Shown here in pieces: positions 28,690 to 37,916 of a stretch of 58,783 bases of DNA. Within the stretch, counting starts at the first letter, position 1. Each line of letters opens with the position of its first letter. The stretch spans positions 1-58,783 of the forward strand of contig JAQBHA010000016.1 in NCBI GenBank assembly GCA_032128215.1, written 5' to 3'. The notes beneath the pieces were generated by a model. That model was not told the origin of the DNA, did no database searches, and was given only the letters and a program-made list of their open reading frames with translations. The DNA comes from Nitrososphaerota archaeon (lineage in GTDB: Archaea; Thermoproteota; Nitrososphaeria; Nitrososphaerales; Nitrosopumilaceae). A program made the position numbers and the translations under genes.

Positions 28690-29354
28690 CTGTAATGTAA
28701 TACAATTTCGCTTCCTAACCGACTAATTTTTTTCAATTTTAATTTAGGAGATTTATGAATATTGGAAAATCCTTCACCTTCAACCAATGTAATAGCTTTT
28801 TGACCACCTACAATGTAGGGTGTAATTGTGATTATCAGCTCATCTACTACACCTAATCTGATAAATTCCCAATTAACAGTGCCTCCACCTTCTACAAGAA
28901 GAGTTTTAATTTTTTTCTTTGATAGAGATTTCAAGAGACTTTTGATGTCTACTTGATTTTTGCCTGCTATCATTATCTCAAGCGGATACTTCTTTAGTTT
29001 GGAAATATTTTGTTTTGATGCTTTTTTAGAAACTACTAATATTGTGGGGATTTTATTACAAGTTCTAATAATTTGAGATTTTTGGGGGATAGTTGCTTTG
29101 GAATCTAAAACAATTCGTATTGGGTTTTTACCTTTAACATATCTGACTGTTAAAAGAGGATTATCTCTCTTAACAGTATGAGAACCTACTAGAATAGCAT
29201 CTACTTTTGAACGTAATTTGTGAATACGAATTTTATCTTGTTTTGAAGATAACTCTGAATCACCAGTTTTTGTGGCTATTTTTCCATCAAGACTCATTGC
29301 TGCACTTAGAATCACTCTGGGTCTAGATTTTTCCATGAACAATTTTTCCTCCAA
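28686..29354 (-). CDS. arfC: 2,5-diamino-6-ribosylamino-4(3H)-pyrimidinone 5'-phosphate reductase (RibD C-terminal/ArfC-type)
   Basis: 222 aa. Has 'RPRVILSAAMSLDGKIATKTGDSELSS' and 'LLVEGGGTVNW' motifs of the RibD_C reductase family. It is the last gene of the rib operon. Confidence 0.85.
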   Translation of the reverse strand: MEEKLFMEKSRPRVILSAAMSLDGKIATKTGDSELSSKQDKIRIHKLRSKVDAILVGSHTVKRDNPLLTVRYVKGKNPIRIVLDSKATIPQKSQIIRTCNKIPTILVVSKKASKQNISKLKKYPLEIMIAGKNQVDIKSLLKSLSKKKIKTLLVEGGGTVNWEFIRLGVVDELIITITPYIVGGQKAITLVEGEGFSNIHKSPKLKLKKISRLGSEIVLHYS

Positions 29355-30513
29355 TCATTACTGCTCTAATTGTAGATTCACTAACTCTGTGTACAATTGA
29401 AGCATATGGATTATGCATTGGTTCTAAGTTTATTGCATGTTTGTCAATAAATACACAGTCAGCAAATTTACCAATTTCAATAACACCAATATTTTTTTGT
29501 AAAAGTTTTCCAGCATTTACTGTTGCCATTTTTAGAATTTGTTTTGGTGCAATTCTTTTACGATTCAAACCCATTGTAACCTTCCAGAGATAATCCATCT
29601 CACGAAACATATCAGGAGAATTTATCATTACGTTATCTGTTCCAATTGCAATATTACAGCCAGCTTTGAGCATATTTTCTGCATTAGGAATACCTTCTGC
29701 CAATGAAGAGTTTGCACGCGGACAAATTACAATTCCCCTAGTCTTCTTAGCAACTTGATGCAAATCTCTATGTGATGCATAGGTCATGTGAACAAGAAAA
29801 TGAGGTTTTAACAATAATGCACGTTGGGTCTCAGTTTTTTTCATTGTTCTTTTTGATAGGTTTGAGCTCTGAAGTGTTTCTTCAGAATGGATAGCTTTAA
29901 TCTTCGGAATTCGTGAATAAAATTTTAACATAGAATTACTGTTTTCGTTTGCGCCGCTAATACCTAGGCCATCACAGTTTTTTAAAAGAGTAGTGAGTTC
30001 TTGTCTTTTAGAATTAGGAAATGAAATGTTATTTCTAATTTGTTTGTGATCTTGGTAATATTCTAGCCTTCCAAGTATAACAGATCTTATTGGCAATGTA
30101 GATAACACTTTTTTGAGAAGAAATATGCCATCTAGGCCACCCTCTCGAAAATCAACAAATGTGGTAGTACCATTTCTTATCATAGAAATACATGTGTTTT
30201 TCATAAAATTTGCAAGATGTGAGGGGCTTGTTTTCTTTAGAATTTTTTGTTTTGCGCCTATAATAGGATGAATTTTTTCATCAACATCATTGTTTAATAA
30301 AATATCCTTTGCAATAGAATCTCCTATGTGGGTATGTGAATTAATTAAACCTGGAATTAATATTAATCCTTCACAGTCAATTGTATCCTCTTTTGAGTTT
30401 GGTCTAAGATTTGGTTTTATATTTTTAAAAAGTTCCTCAGAAATTTTTAGATTTGTAGAGGAAATAAAAGTTAATTCTTTGCCGTAAAGGATGCTTGCAT
30501 TTTTTAAAAGCAT
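29323..30513 (-). CDS. amidohydrolase-superfamily enzyme with a nucleobase-deaminase-type signature (Atz/Trz, guanine/cytosine/MTA deaminase-like)
   Basis: 396 aa. Has 'PGLINSHTHIGD' (HxH), 'AIHSEE' (HxxE), 'LVHMTYA' and 'AIGTDN' motifs. It overlaps arfA by 10 nt and arfC by 32 nt. Confidence 0.8.
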   Translation of the reverse strand: MLLKNASILYGKELTFISSTNLKISEELFKNIKPNLRPNSKEDTIDCEGLILIPGLINSHTHIGDSIAKDILLNNDVDEKIHPIIGAKQKILKKTSPSHLANFMKNTCISMIRNGTTTFVDFREGGLDGIFLLKKVLSTLPIRSVILGRLEYYQDHKQIRNNISFPNSKRQELTTLLKNCDGLGISGANENSNSMLKFYSRIPKIKAIHSEETLQSSNLSKRTMKKTETQRALLLKPHFLVHMTYASHRDLHQVAKKTRGIVICPRANSSLAEGIPNAENMLKAGCNIAIGTDNVMINSPDMFREMDYLWKVTMGLNRKRIAPKQILKMATVNAGKLLQKNIGVIEIGKFADCVFIDKHAINLEPMHNPYASIVHRVSESTIRAVMIGGKIVHGKI

Positions 30514-31259
30514 GATGTTTCTATAATTTCTGGTTTTTCATTTCCAGAATCCCTAATCTCCCTTATTTTATCAAGTGATTGTGTTGCTAACTTGGCAGCT
30601 TCACGTGAGGTTTTTCCAATTCCAATACCACAATTAAGGAATATACCAAGATCTTTTTTTATTCTATCAATGAAATCCCTTGCCATTTCTTTTGCATTAT
30701 CATTTGCAACAACCATAAAATTATCACCGCCCATAAAGAATGCCATTGATTTTTTATCTAAGAAAAATTCAGACATTAAAGAATAGAGTTTAAACATAAT
30801 TGAAGATATCTCGTAAGGAGATTTTGTTTTTCGTTTAGATGATAAATTATCTACATCAAAGTGCATAATAGTTACTTTCTGTTCAGAAAATCCATTAAGA
30901 AATCCATAGATATTGTGTTCTTTGTTTAAAATGACTTGATGTTGTTTACCCTCAAAAGCTTTTAAATTTGCATCAAACGGAGTCTTAGCAGATCCCACAG
31001 ACATTGAGAGGTTGAGTTCAAAGGATTCTTTGAGCATTTTTTGAATTGAAATATGATCATCAAGTGTTAATCCATTGGTTACAACAAAAAACTCATCCGA
31101 TCTATTCAGAAATGCCAAACAATTTCTTTCTGAGAATAATTTTTGAACTTGTTTGTACAATGAAGCTTGTAACATTTGGAGCTCATGTTCTCTGTCGCTA
31201 CCCAAAGTTAGTGTCCAAGGGCCATACTCATTAATTTTGATGATAGTGAGTTGAATCAA
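30504..31259 (-). CDS. arfA: GTP cyclohydrolase III (archaeal, FAPy-forming)
   Basis: 251 aa. The N-terminus 'MIQLTIIKINEYGPWTLTLGSDREHELQMLQASLY' closely resembles the MJ0145-type GCH III N-terminus as I recall it. Confidence 0.85.
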   Translation of the reverse strand: MIQLTIIKINEYGPWTLTLGSDREHELQMLQASLYKQVQKLFSERNCLAFLNRSDEFFVVTNGLTLDDHISIQKMLKESFELNLSMSVGSAKTPFDANLKAFEGKQHQVILNKEHNIYGFLNGFSEQKVTIMHFDVDNLSSKRKTKSPYEISSIMFKLYSLMSEFFLDKKSMAFFMGGDNFMVVANDNAKEMARDFIDRIKKDLGIFLNCGIGIGKTSREAAKLATQSLDKIREIRDSGNEKPEIIETSCF

Positions 31260-31260
31260 T

Positions 31261-31674
31261 TTATCTAATTTTTTCTAGTTCCTCTGAAATTCTTAATACT
31301 GCTTCTACAGCCCTTTCTGAAACTGGTCTGATTCGTGCGTAAGCTTGCCTTTCTTCTATGCCAGGTCCGGTAATTCCTAATGAAATGGGTTTTTTATGTT
31401 TTAATGAAAGCTTTGTAATACGTGTTACAGTAGCATTTGCTATTAGCTCATCATGTTTTGTCTGGCCTTTAATTACTGTACCAAGTGTCACTACACCATC
31501 AACTTCTTTTTTTTCAAGTAATGTTTCTATAATTAATGGCATATCAAAAATACCTGGAACTTTACAAGTGAATTTAACATTTAATTTGAGAAATTTTGCT
31601 TTTTCCAAAGCTACTTCCAGCATTCTTGATGTTATTTTATCATTAAATTCTGAAACTACTATAGCAATATTCAA
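31261..31674 (-). CDS. ribH: 6,7-dimethyl-8-ribityllumazine synthase
   Basis: 137 aa. Reads 'IAIVVSEFNDKITSRMLE...VPGIFDMPL...GTVIKGQTKHDE'. Confidence 0.9.
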   Translation of the reverse strand: MNIAIVVSEFNDKITSRMLEVALEKAKFLKLNVKFTCKVPGIFDMPLIIETLLEKKEVDGVVTLGTVIKGQTKHDELIANATVTRITKLSLKHKKPISLGITGPGIEERQAYARIRPVSERAVEAVLRISEELEKIR

Positions 31675-31676
31675 AA

Positions 31677-32351
31677 TTAATGCACCTTAGCATATTCTAA
31701 CAATTCTTTTCCATCAATAAATGGAATAGCATTTTGTTTTGCATATTTTTTTGCTTTTTCCACTGATAGGGCTGAATATGTTTCTGCATCCATCATTTCA
31801 CAAATAGCAGATACAGGATTCAATTTTGCAAGGTCTGTTAAATAGATGGACATTTCTGTATGTCCCCGTCTGTTTAAAAGTAAACCATCTACAGCAATCA
31901 ATATAGGAACATGTCCAGGGGTTTTAAATGATGAAATAAACTTGTTGTGTTGATTATCTGCCTTGGTTAGATTTGCCATTTCACGAATAGTAAGAGCTCT
32001 ATCTCTATCTGTAATTCCTGTGTAAGTTTGATAATGGTTAATTGAGATTGAAAAAGTTGGGTGATCTCCATATGGAGCTAATCCCATAATCATTTCCTTT
32101 GATTTTGAGTCAAAATGTGCAGAACTAGACAAAATTTCATGCATATAATTAAGACCAATCTCTTTCCCAAGAGAGTTGTTTATTGCAAGACATATCAAAC
32201 CTCCTGCATGCTGTCTCATTCGTGCAATGTGTTCTGGCGTAACAAACTCCGCTGCAACTACCATATCGATTTCATTTTCTCGTCCACTAGAATCATGAAG
32301 TAATACAAATTCACCTCTTTTTAGAGATAATAATGCATCATCAAGTGACAT
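31677..32351 (-). CDS. ribB: 3,4-dihydroxy-2-butanone-4-phosphate synthase
   Basis: 224 aa. Has 'HDSSGRENEIDMV' and 'RRGHTEMS' motifs. It is monofunctional, with no RibA fusion. Confidence 0.9.
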   Translation of the reverse strand: MSLDDALLSLKRGEFVLLHDSSGRENEIDMVVAAEFVTPEHIARMRQHAGGLICLAINNSLGKEIGLNYMHEILSSSAHFDSKSKEMIMGLAPYGDHPTFSISINHYQTYTGITDRDRALTIREMANLTKADNQHNKFISSFKTPGHVPILIAVDGLLLNRRGHTEMSIYLTDLAKLNPVSAICEMMDAETYSALSVEKAKKYAKQNAIPFIDGKELLEYAKVH

Positions 32352-32428
32352 AATAAAAAGTGATTTTCTCTAAGTATATAGTTTACTAAAAAACTAGTAA
32401 TTACCAATTAAATGGTAATGAAATAGGT

Positions 32429-33013
32429 TTATTTTAGAATATATTTTCCCAAAATATCAGTTTCAATATTAATCTTATCGCCCACTTTTTTTGATTGAAA
32501 ATTAGTAATTTTGACGGTGTGGGGGATTAAACAAACTGAAGCATTATTTTTTGAGACATCAACTACTGTCAAACTTATCCCATCAATAGCAATAGATCCT
32601 TTTTTAACAACAAATTTAATTAATTTTTTTGGAACTTCAAACCATATTTTAACTTCTTTAGGTTTTTTTTCAATTTTTTTTATTACTCCTACACCATCCA
32701 CATGACCTAATACAAAGTGCCCTTCCAGCCTATCACCTATTTTCAAGCTACGCTCAATATTCACTTTATCACCTGGCACCAAGTTTCCAAGATCTGTTTG
32801 TTTGATGGTTTCACCTATCATTTCAAAGTCACATTTATTTTTTGAAATCTTAGTGGCAGAAAGACATACACCATTTAATGCCACACTCTGCCCCACTTTA
32901 AGTCCTTTAGCATGGTTTCCTAAATTTACTGTCATCTGAAAAGCACTACGATTTTTTGTATTACGGGTTATTTTTTCTATTTGTCCTACTCCTTGAATAA
33001 TTCCAGTGAACAT
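32429..33013 (-). CDS. ribE: riboflavin synthase, bacterial/eukaryotic-type alpha chain
   Basis: 194 aa. Has the 'MFTGIIQGVGQI' N-terminus and an internal duplicated lumazine-binding barrel ('GHFVLGHVDGVG'). Confidence 0.9.
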   Translation of the reverse strand: MFTGIIQGVGQIEKITRNTKNRSAFQMTVNLGNHAKGLKVGQSVALNGVCLSATKISKNKCDFEMIGETIKQTDLGNLVPGDKVNIERSLKIGDRLEGHFVLGHVDGVGVIKKIEKKPKEVKIWFEVPKKLIKFVVKKGSIAIDGISLTVVDVSKNNASVCLIPHTVKITNFQSKKVGDKINIETDILGKYILK

Positions 33014-33115
33014 AGATTTGATTAAAATAATTCTGTATAAAAAGCATCAACTTGTATTGAAGATTTTTACACTACAAGATTCATCAGAAAAGTGTTGGTT
33101 TCTGGCATAAAATTT

Positions 33116-33967
33116 ATGGAAAAGATCCTTTATGGTGTTGCTAAACAATGGATTGCTGGAGAAACAATAGATGATGCTTTAGAATCTGCGAGAGATGTCT
33201 ATAAGAAAGGCAGACATGCAATTGTAAACAAATTAGGAGAGTATCATACTTCTAAACCAGTTATTATTAAAACAGTAAAAGAATATCAACTAATTTCTTC
33301 ATCATTTAGGAAATGGAAAGTAAGAGGTGCAATATCTGTTAAACCTACCCAAGTAGGGCTTTCAATAAGTAGAAAGGAATGTTTGAGAAATTTTGAAACA
33401 ATTATTAAAAATGCGTCTTTATCACACACATTTGTTTGGATGGATATGGAATCTTCAGATCATACTGATGAGACTATAGAAATTTATGATAATTTATTTG
33501 CTAGATACGAAAGATTGGGATTAGCGATTCAAGCAAATCTAAAGAGGACAAAAAATGATCTAATGGATTTACTCAAATATGGAGCAAAAATACGTCTAGT
33601 AAAAGGAGCATATAATGAGAATGCAAAGATTGCTTACAAATCAAAAAACAAGATTGATGAAAACTATCTAAGATTAATGGAGTTACTTTTTAGAGATGGA
33701 AATGAATTTGGGATTGCAACTCATGATTCAAGCATGATTAATCAGGCAATACGACTTTCAAAAATATACAAACGTAAATTTGAATTTCAGATGCTCAAAG
33801 GAATTCGTGATGAGTTAAAGCCAGATCTTATCAGAAAGGGATTTGTTGTATCTGATTATATTCCCTATGGAACAAATTGGCTTTCTTATTCTATTCGTAG
33901 AGTAAAGGAAAGAAAACGAAATATCTTACTTCTTGGAAGCTCTTTTATTCAATCACATCGAGTTTGA
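33116..33967 (+). CDS. proline dehydrogenase
   Basis: About 283 aa from ATG 33116; the track ORF begins at GTG 33092. It has the PutA-type ProDH barrel layout ('RLVKGAY', 'IATHD', 'EFQMLKGIR'). Confidence 0.75.
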   Translation: MEKILYGVAKQWIAGETIDDALESARDVYKKGRHAIVNKLGEYHTSKPVIIKTVKEYQLISSSFRKWKVRGAISVKPTQVGLSISRKECLRNFETIIKNASLSHTFVWMDMESSDHTDETIEIYDNLFARYERLGLAIQANLKRTKNDLMDLLKYGAKIRLVKGAYNENAKIAYKSKNKIDENYLRLMELLFRDGNEFGIATHDSSMINQAIRLSKIYKRKFEFQMLKGIRDELKPDLIRKGFVVSDYIPYGTNWLSYSIRRVKERKRNILLLGSSFIQSHRV

Positions 33968-35514
33968 GTCTGGGCTCGCATAAATTGTTGTAGATAGTTT
34001 TCACCACCGGCTCCCTTTCCTGTAGATCCTGAATGTTTCCAACCAACAAATGGTTGACTGCGTACTAAAGCTGCAGTTGTAGCACTCGCTGCTCTATTTG
34101 CATACACTGTACCTGCTTGAATTTTATCAAAAAAATCATCAACTTGTTTTTTGTCATCACTAAATATTCCAGCCGTCAAACCATATTCAGATTGGTTTGC
34201 AAGATTTATTGCTTCATCAAAATCGTCATACTGGTCTATGCATAGAAAAGGCAAAAACAATTCTTCCTTCATTAATTTATGATCTCTTGGAAGTTTTGTG
34301 ACTATAGTAGGAGTAACATAGTAACCATTTTGATACTCAGAATCATTCAAAATAGTTCCTCCTACAAGAATTTCTCCATCTTTTTTAGCTAATTCTACTG
34401 CTGCTTCGAATTTTTTCTTTGCAGCATCATTGATAACCGGTCCCAAAAAAACATCTCTTTTCCAGGGAAGTCCAATTTTAAGTGATTTTGTTTTCTCTAC
34501 TAGCTTTACAATGAATTTATCTGCAATCTCTTTTTGTACGTAGACCCTAGAGCATGCACTACATTTTTGTCCTCCATATCCAAATGCAGATCTCATAACT
34601 CCATCTGTTGCCTTGTCAAGATTCGCATGTTTCGTAACGATAGTTGGATTTTTTCCTCCCATCTCAGAAATGAATGGTTTGATTTCATTTTGAGTGAAAG
34701 TTTTGTATCCAGACATTCCTACTTCTCTCGAACCAGTAAATGCAATCCCATCAACATCTGGGCTTTCTATGAGAGTCTTACCCACTACACTTCCTGGTCC
34801 TGTTACAAAGTTAATGGCTCCAGCAGGTAATTTCTTGTAAATTGCGTTTACAAATTCAAATGAAGAAAGTGGAGTGTCACTAGCAGGTTTTAAGACAGTT
34901 GTGTTTCCTGTAATTAAAGCTCCAGTAGTCATTCCGATTGCTATAGCTGATGGAAAGTTAAAGGGAGCAATAATCCCCCATACCCCATATGGTTTAAGGA
35001 TGGTTCGAGTTTTTTCTTTTGGATTAGGATGTTCGGTTTCTTTTGAAAATCCTTTATTAATTTCCAATTGATAAGCATAAAATCTCATAAAGTCAATTGC
35101 TTCATCAACATCTCCCATAGCTTCGATTCTGGTTTTTCCATTTTCAAAGGACGTAATTGCTGATAGATGGAATTTTTGTTTTGAAAACAAGTCAGCGCAT
35201 TCTTTGAAAATTTTTGCTCTAGTTTGATATGGAGTATTACTCCATTCAAAGAATGCATATTTTGCTGATTTTATAGCATCATTGGTATCATTTGTGGTTC
35301 CTTTGGGAAACTTAGCAACAATAATTGTCGTATCAGAGGGCGATTTTACTTCAAATTGTATTTTAGAAAAAATTTCTTTACCGTTAATTATTAAAGGATA
35401 TTCTTTATTTAAATTATTTTTGACTTGTTCAGCTGCTTTTTCAAATTGTTCATGAAATACATCAGTTGCATTATTTGTTATTGCATTTCCCCATGTGAAT
35501 TCATTTTCAAACAT
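33949..35514 (-). CDS. 1-pyrroline-5-carboxylate dehydrogenase (aldehyde dehydrogenase family)
   Basis: 521 aa. Has 'EMGGKNP' and 'GQKCSACSR' ALDH catalytic motifs. It is convergent with ProDH and overlaps it by 19 nt. Confidence 0.8.
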   Translation of the reverse strand: MFENEFTWGNAITNNATDVFHEQFEKAAEQVKNNLNKEYPLIINGKEIFSKIQFEVKSPSDTTIIVAKFPKGTTNDTNDAIKSAKYAFFEWSNTPYQTRAKIFKECADLFSKQKFHLSAITSFENGKTRIEAMGDVDEAIDFMRFYAYQLEINKGFSKETEHPNPKEKTRTILKPYGVWGIIAPFNFPSAIAIGMTTGALITGNTTVLKPASDTPLSSFEFVNAIYKKLPAGAINFVTGPGSVVGKTLIESPDVDGIAFTGSREVGMSGYKTFTQNEIKPFISEMGGKNPTIVTKHANLDKATDGVMRSAFGYGGQKCSACSRVYVQKEIADKFIVKLVEKTKSLKIGLPWKRDVFLGPVINDAAKKKFEAAVELAKKDGEILVGGTILNDSEYQNGYYVTPTIVTKLPRDHKLMKEELFLPFLCIDQYDDFDEAINLANQSEYGLTAGIFSDDKKQVDDFFDKIQAGTVYANRAASATTAALVRSQPFVGWKHSGSTGKGAGGENYLQQFMRAQTQTRCD

Positions 35515-35694
35515 AATAGTAATACATACATCCCATATTTTAAATGAATAAAAAATTTGTTAATGAAATTCTATGGCAACACAAAAACTAGTGATCTTTA
35601 CATTATAAGACATATCTAATTGATTCTAGTCTTCACGTCGCAGTCCAGCGTGAATAAGGAGGATGAATTTCTTATACTTTTTTTATTTTAATTT

Positions 35695-36543
35695 CTATTT
35701 ACAGGAAGAAATTACCTCAGAAATCATTCGAGATGCAAGATGTGATGTTCTGTCTTTGATATCATAGCTTGGACAGACCTCCATTATATCCATTCCAATA
35801 ATTCCTTGTTCTACTATAGTTTTTAGAAGATATACTGCTTCCAAATTTTTTAGACCCAAAGGTACTGGAACTGAAACTCCTGGAGCAAACGCAGGATCAA
35901 CACAATCCATATCAAATGAAACGTAGACATTCTTGCCAATTGTTTTTAATATCATTTTTGAGATTTCGTGTACTCCTTTTTCTAAGATATCAAAAGGGGT
36001 AATGACATTGACGTCGTATTTTTTTAGATTATCTAGTTCTTCTGGCTCTGGAGTTCTAATTCCTATCTGGAAACTAGTTTTTAGATCGATATTGGGCAAA
36101 ACGTCATAAAAAACTGAACCGTAATAGTTCTGGGTTGAACTCACCATATCAGGGTGGGCATCAAAATAAACCAAAGAGATTGGACCTTTTTTCTTTGAAA
36201 TCGCTTTTATTATATTCCTGGAAATGGAATGATCGCCTCCAATCACAATAGGGATTTTTGATTTTGAAATAATTCTTTCAAAAACTTCATCAATCTGATT
36301 CCTGGTAATGTCTCCATAATCGAGGATTTTTTTTTGTCCGACTCCTTTATACGGAAGACCAAGAAATTTTTTTCCATCCCTGGTGTAAGTGTCCCTCAAA
36401 TTTGAAATCTCTCGGATGAAATGCGGAGCTTCCGATGCTCCTTTTCTTAGAGCATGAGATTGAGATTCATCTGGAATTCCAAGAATCACAATTTCTGATT
36501 TGTCAAAATCAGTAGTATTTGCCCAACAAATAGTTTTTTCCAT
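35695..36543 (-). CDS. speB: agmatinase (arginase/ureohydrolase family)
   Basis: 282 aa. Has 'GGDHSIS', 'FDAHPD' and 'SFDMDCVDPAFAPG' Mn-binding motifs. Confidence 0.85.
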   Translation of the reverse strand: MEKTICWANTTDFDKSEIVILGIPDESQSHALRKGASEAPHFIREISNLRDTYTRDGKKFLGLPYKGVGQKKILDYGDITRNQIDEVFERIISKSKIPIVIGGDHSISRNIIKAISKKKGPISLVYFDAHPDMVSSTQNYYGSVFYDVLPNIDLKTSFQIGIRTPEPEELDNLKKYDVNVITPFDILEKGVHEISKMILKTIGKNVYVSFDMDCVDPAFAPGVSVPVPLGLKNLEAVYLLKTIVEQGIIGMDIMEVCPSYDIKDRTSHLASRMISEVISSCK

Positions 36544-36620
36544 GTTTCTTTTAATTTTTCTCTATAGAAATTGTTTACTCAAACTACCTTAGGTTTTAAT
36601 TACTATTTTACTATGTTATT

Positions 36621-37277
36621 TTGTTGTCTAGTCAATATTTTGTAGAAACAGCTGATTTTGAGAGTTTTGCCAGATATGTTTGTGCATTAAAGGAGAATCC
36701 TTTAAGGGTGTATTCGCATGACTTGAATAAAAAAAAGGTCTTATCTAGCAGAAGAGTTCTTTCAAAATCTCTTTTGTCAATTTATACAGTTACGCCCATT
36801 AGTGGTAGATATATTTCATATAATGTAAAAAATGGAAAAGAAGAATGTAGTATAGTTAATTCTACAAAATTGTTTTCACAGTATGCCCCCATTATTCATT
36901 TAACTGCTCTTCCTACAAAGATAATTGTTAATTCAAAAAAAATTCAAGATAAATTTACCCCATTAAAGATTGAAGACTTGGGAAGTCTTGCGAGGTTGAC
37001 ATATGATCCTGAATTACCAGATGAACCAGACTTAACACTTTTTGCTTTTCCACAAAAAACAAAATGGATAATTGGATATATCACATCAATTAATTTAGAT
37101 AATACATTGTATTTTTTTAATTACGTAACACTTGATTCAGAACCTACAAAACCATTCTTACAATATTCAAACAATGATGATAAGGTTCCAGTATTTACAG
37201 ATAGATTTCAGCATGGTTTATCATATTTGCCTGTTGTTAAACTTAAAGCAGGTCATCCAATTTTTGGCTTGAAATAA
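36621..37277 (+). CDS. hypothetical protein
   Basis: 218-aa ORF with a TTG start and no motif recognised. Confidence 0.45.
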   Translation: MLSSQYFVETADFESFARYVCALKENPLRVYSHDLNKKKVLSSRRVLSKSLLSIYTVTPISGRYISYNVKNGKEECSIVNSTKLFSQYAPIIHLTALPTKIIVNSKKIQDKFTPLKIEDLGSLARLTYDPELPDEPDLTLFAFPQKTKWIIGYITSINLDNTLYFFNYVTLDSEPTKPFLQYSNNDDKVPVFTDRFQHGLSYLPVVKLKAGHPIFGLK

Positions 37278-37305
37278 TAATTAGAAAATATAATATACCT
37301 AAAAA

Positions 37306-37692
37306 TTATTTGTTCCTTTCATCATAATCGTCATCTTCAAAATCGTCTTCGTCATCATCATATTGTTCGTCATCGTTCATCTCTGTAGGTACTTTTAACG
37401 GTTTTTTTTCATCTGGAATTATATCTGGAATTAATTCTGCCATTTTTTCACCCCTATCAATATCTCCTGCATCCATTAGGGTTATAGTGGACTTAATATT
37501 AATTAATTTGTGGATATTCTCAATAATTGCTTCTTTGAGTTGCTCCTGATTTTCTGATTCTACTTTAGCAATAATATCATAAACTCCTAAAGTGCCACGA
37601 ATCTCCTTGATAGAGTCCACCTTTTTTAATTCCTCAATTATTAATTCATCAAAACCGGTATTACAATTAATTAAAACGAATGCTCTTTCCAT
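37306..37692 (-). CDS. stand-alone Lrp/AsnC ligand-binding (RAM) domain protein with a polyacidic C-terminal tail
   Basis: 128 aa. Has the RAM fold 'AFVLINCNTG...IKEIRGTLGVYDIIAKVE'. The tail reads 'DDEQYDDDEDDFEDDDYDE'. Confidence 0.6.
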   Translation of the reverse strand: MERAFVLINCNTGFDELIIEELKKVDSIKEIRGTLGVYDIIAKVESENQEQLKEAIIENIHKLINIKSTITLMDAGDIDRGEKMAELIPDIIPDEKKPLKVPTEMNDDEQYDDDEDDFEDDDYDERNK

Positions 37693-37916
37693 CTCGATTT
37701 AATTATGAATTAATGAAAAAAAAAGATTTGCCAGTTTTATAACAAATTGATTTTTAGTGATTTGAATTATTCCTAATTTTTTAATTGTGTTATAATGAAT
37801 TAGGTTTAGAAATTTTTCAAATTCTATTGATTTTTTAATATCCTTAAATTGGATTTTATTGGTAATGAGTGGTAATTATTACCATAGTTTATATTCCTAG
37901 TTTCGTAAGCTTTATC

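Noticed and set aside
35672-35780. AAGGAGG followed immediately by ATG, and a 34-codon ORF antisense to the agmatinase 3' end
   Set aside because: There is zero spacing between the SD-like motif and the ATG. The product is F/Y/L-rich junk and it overlaps a well-supported gene.
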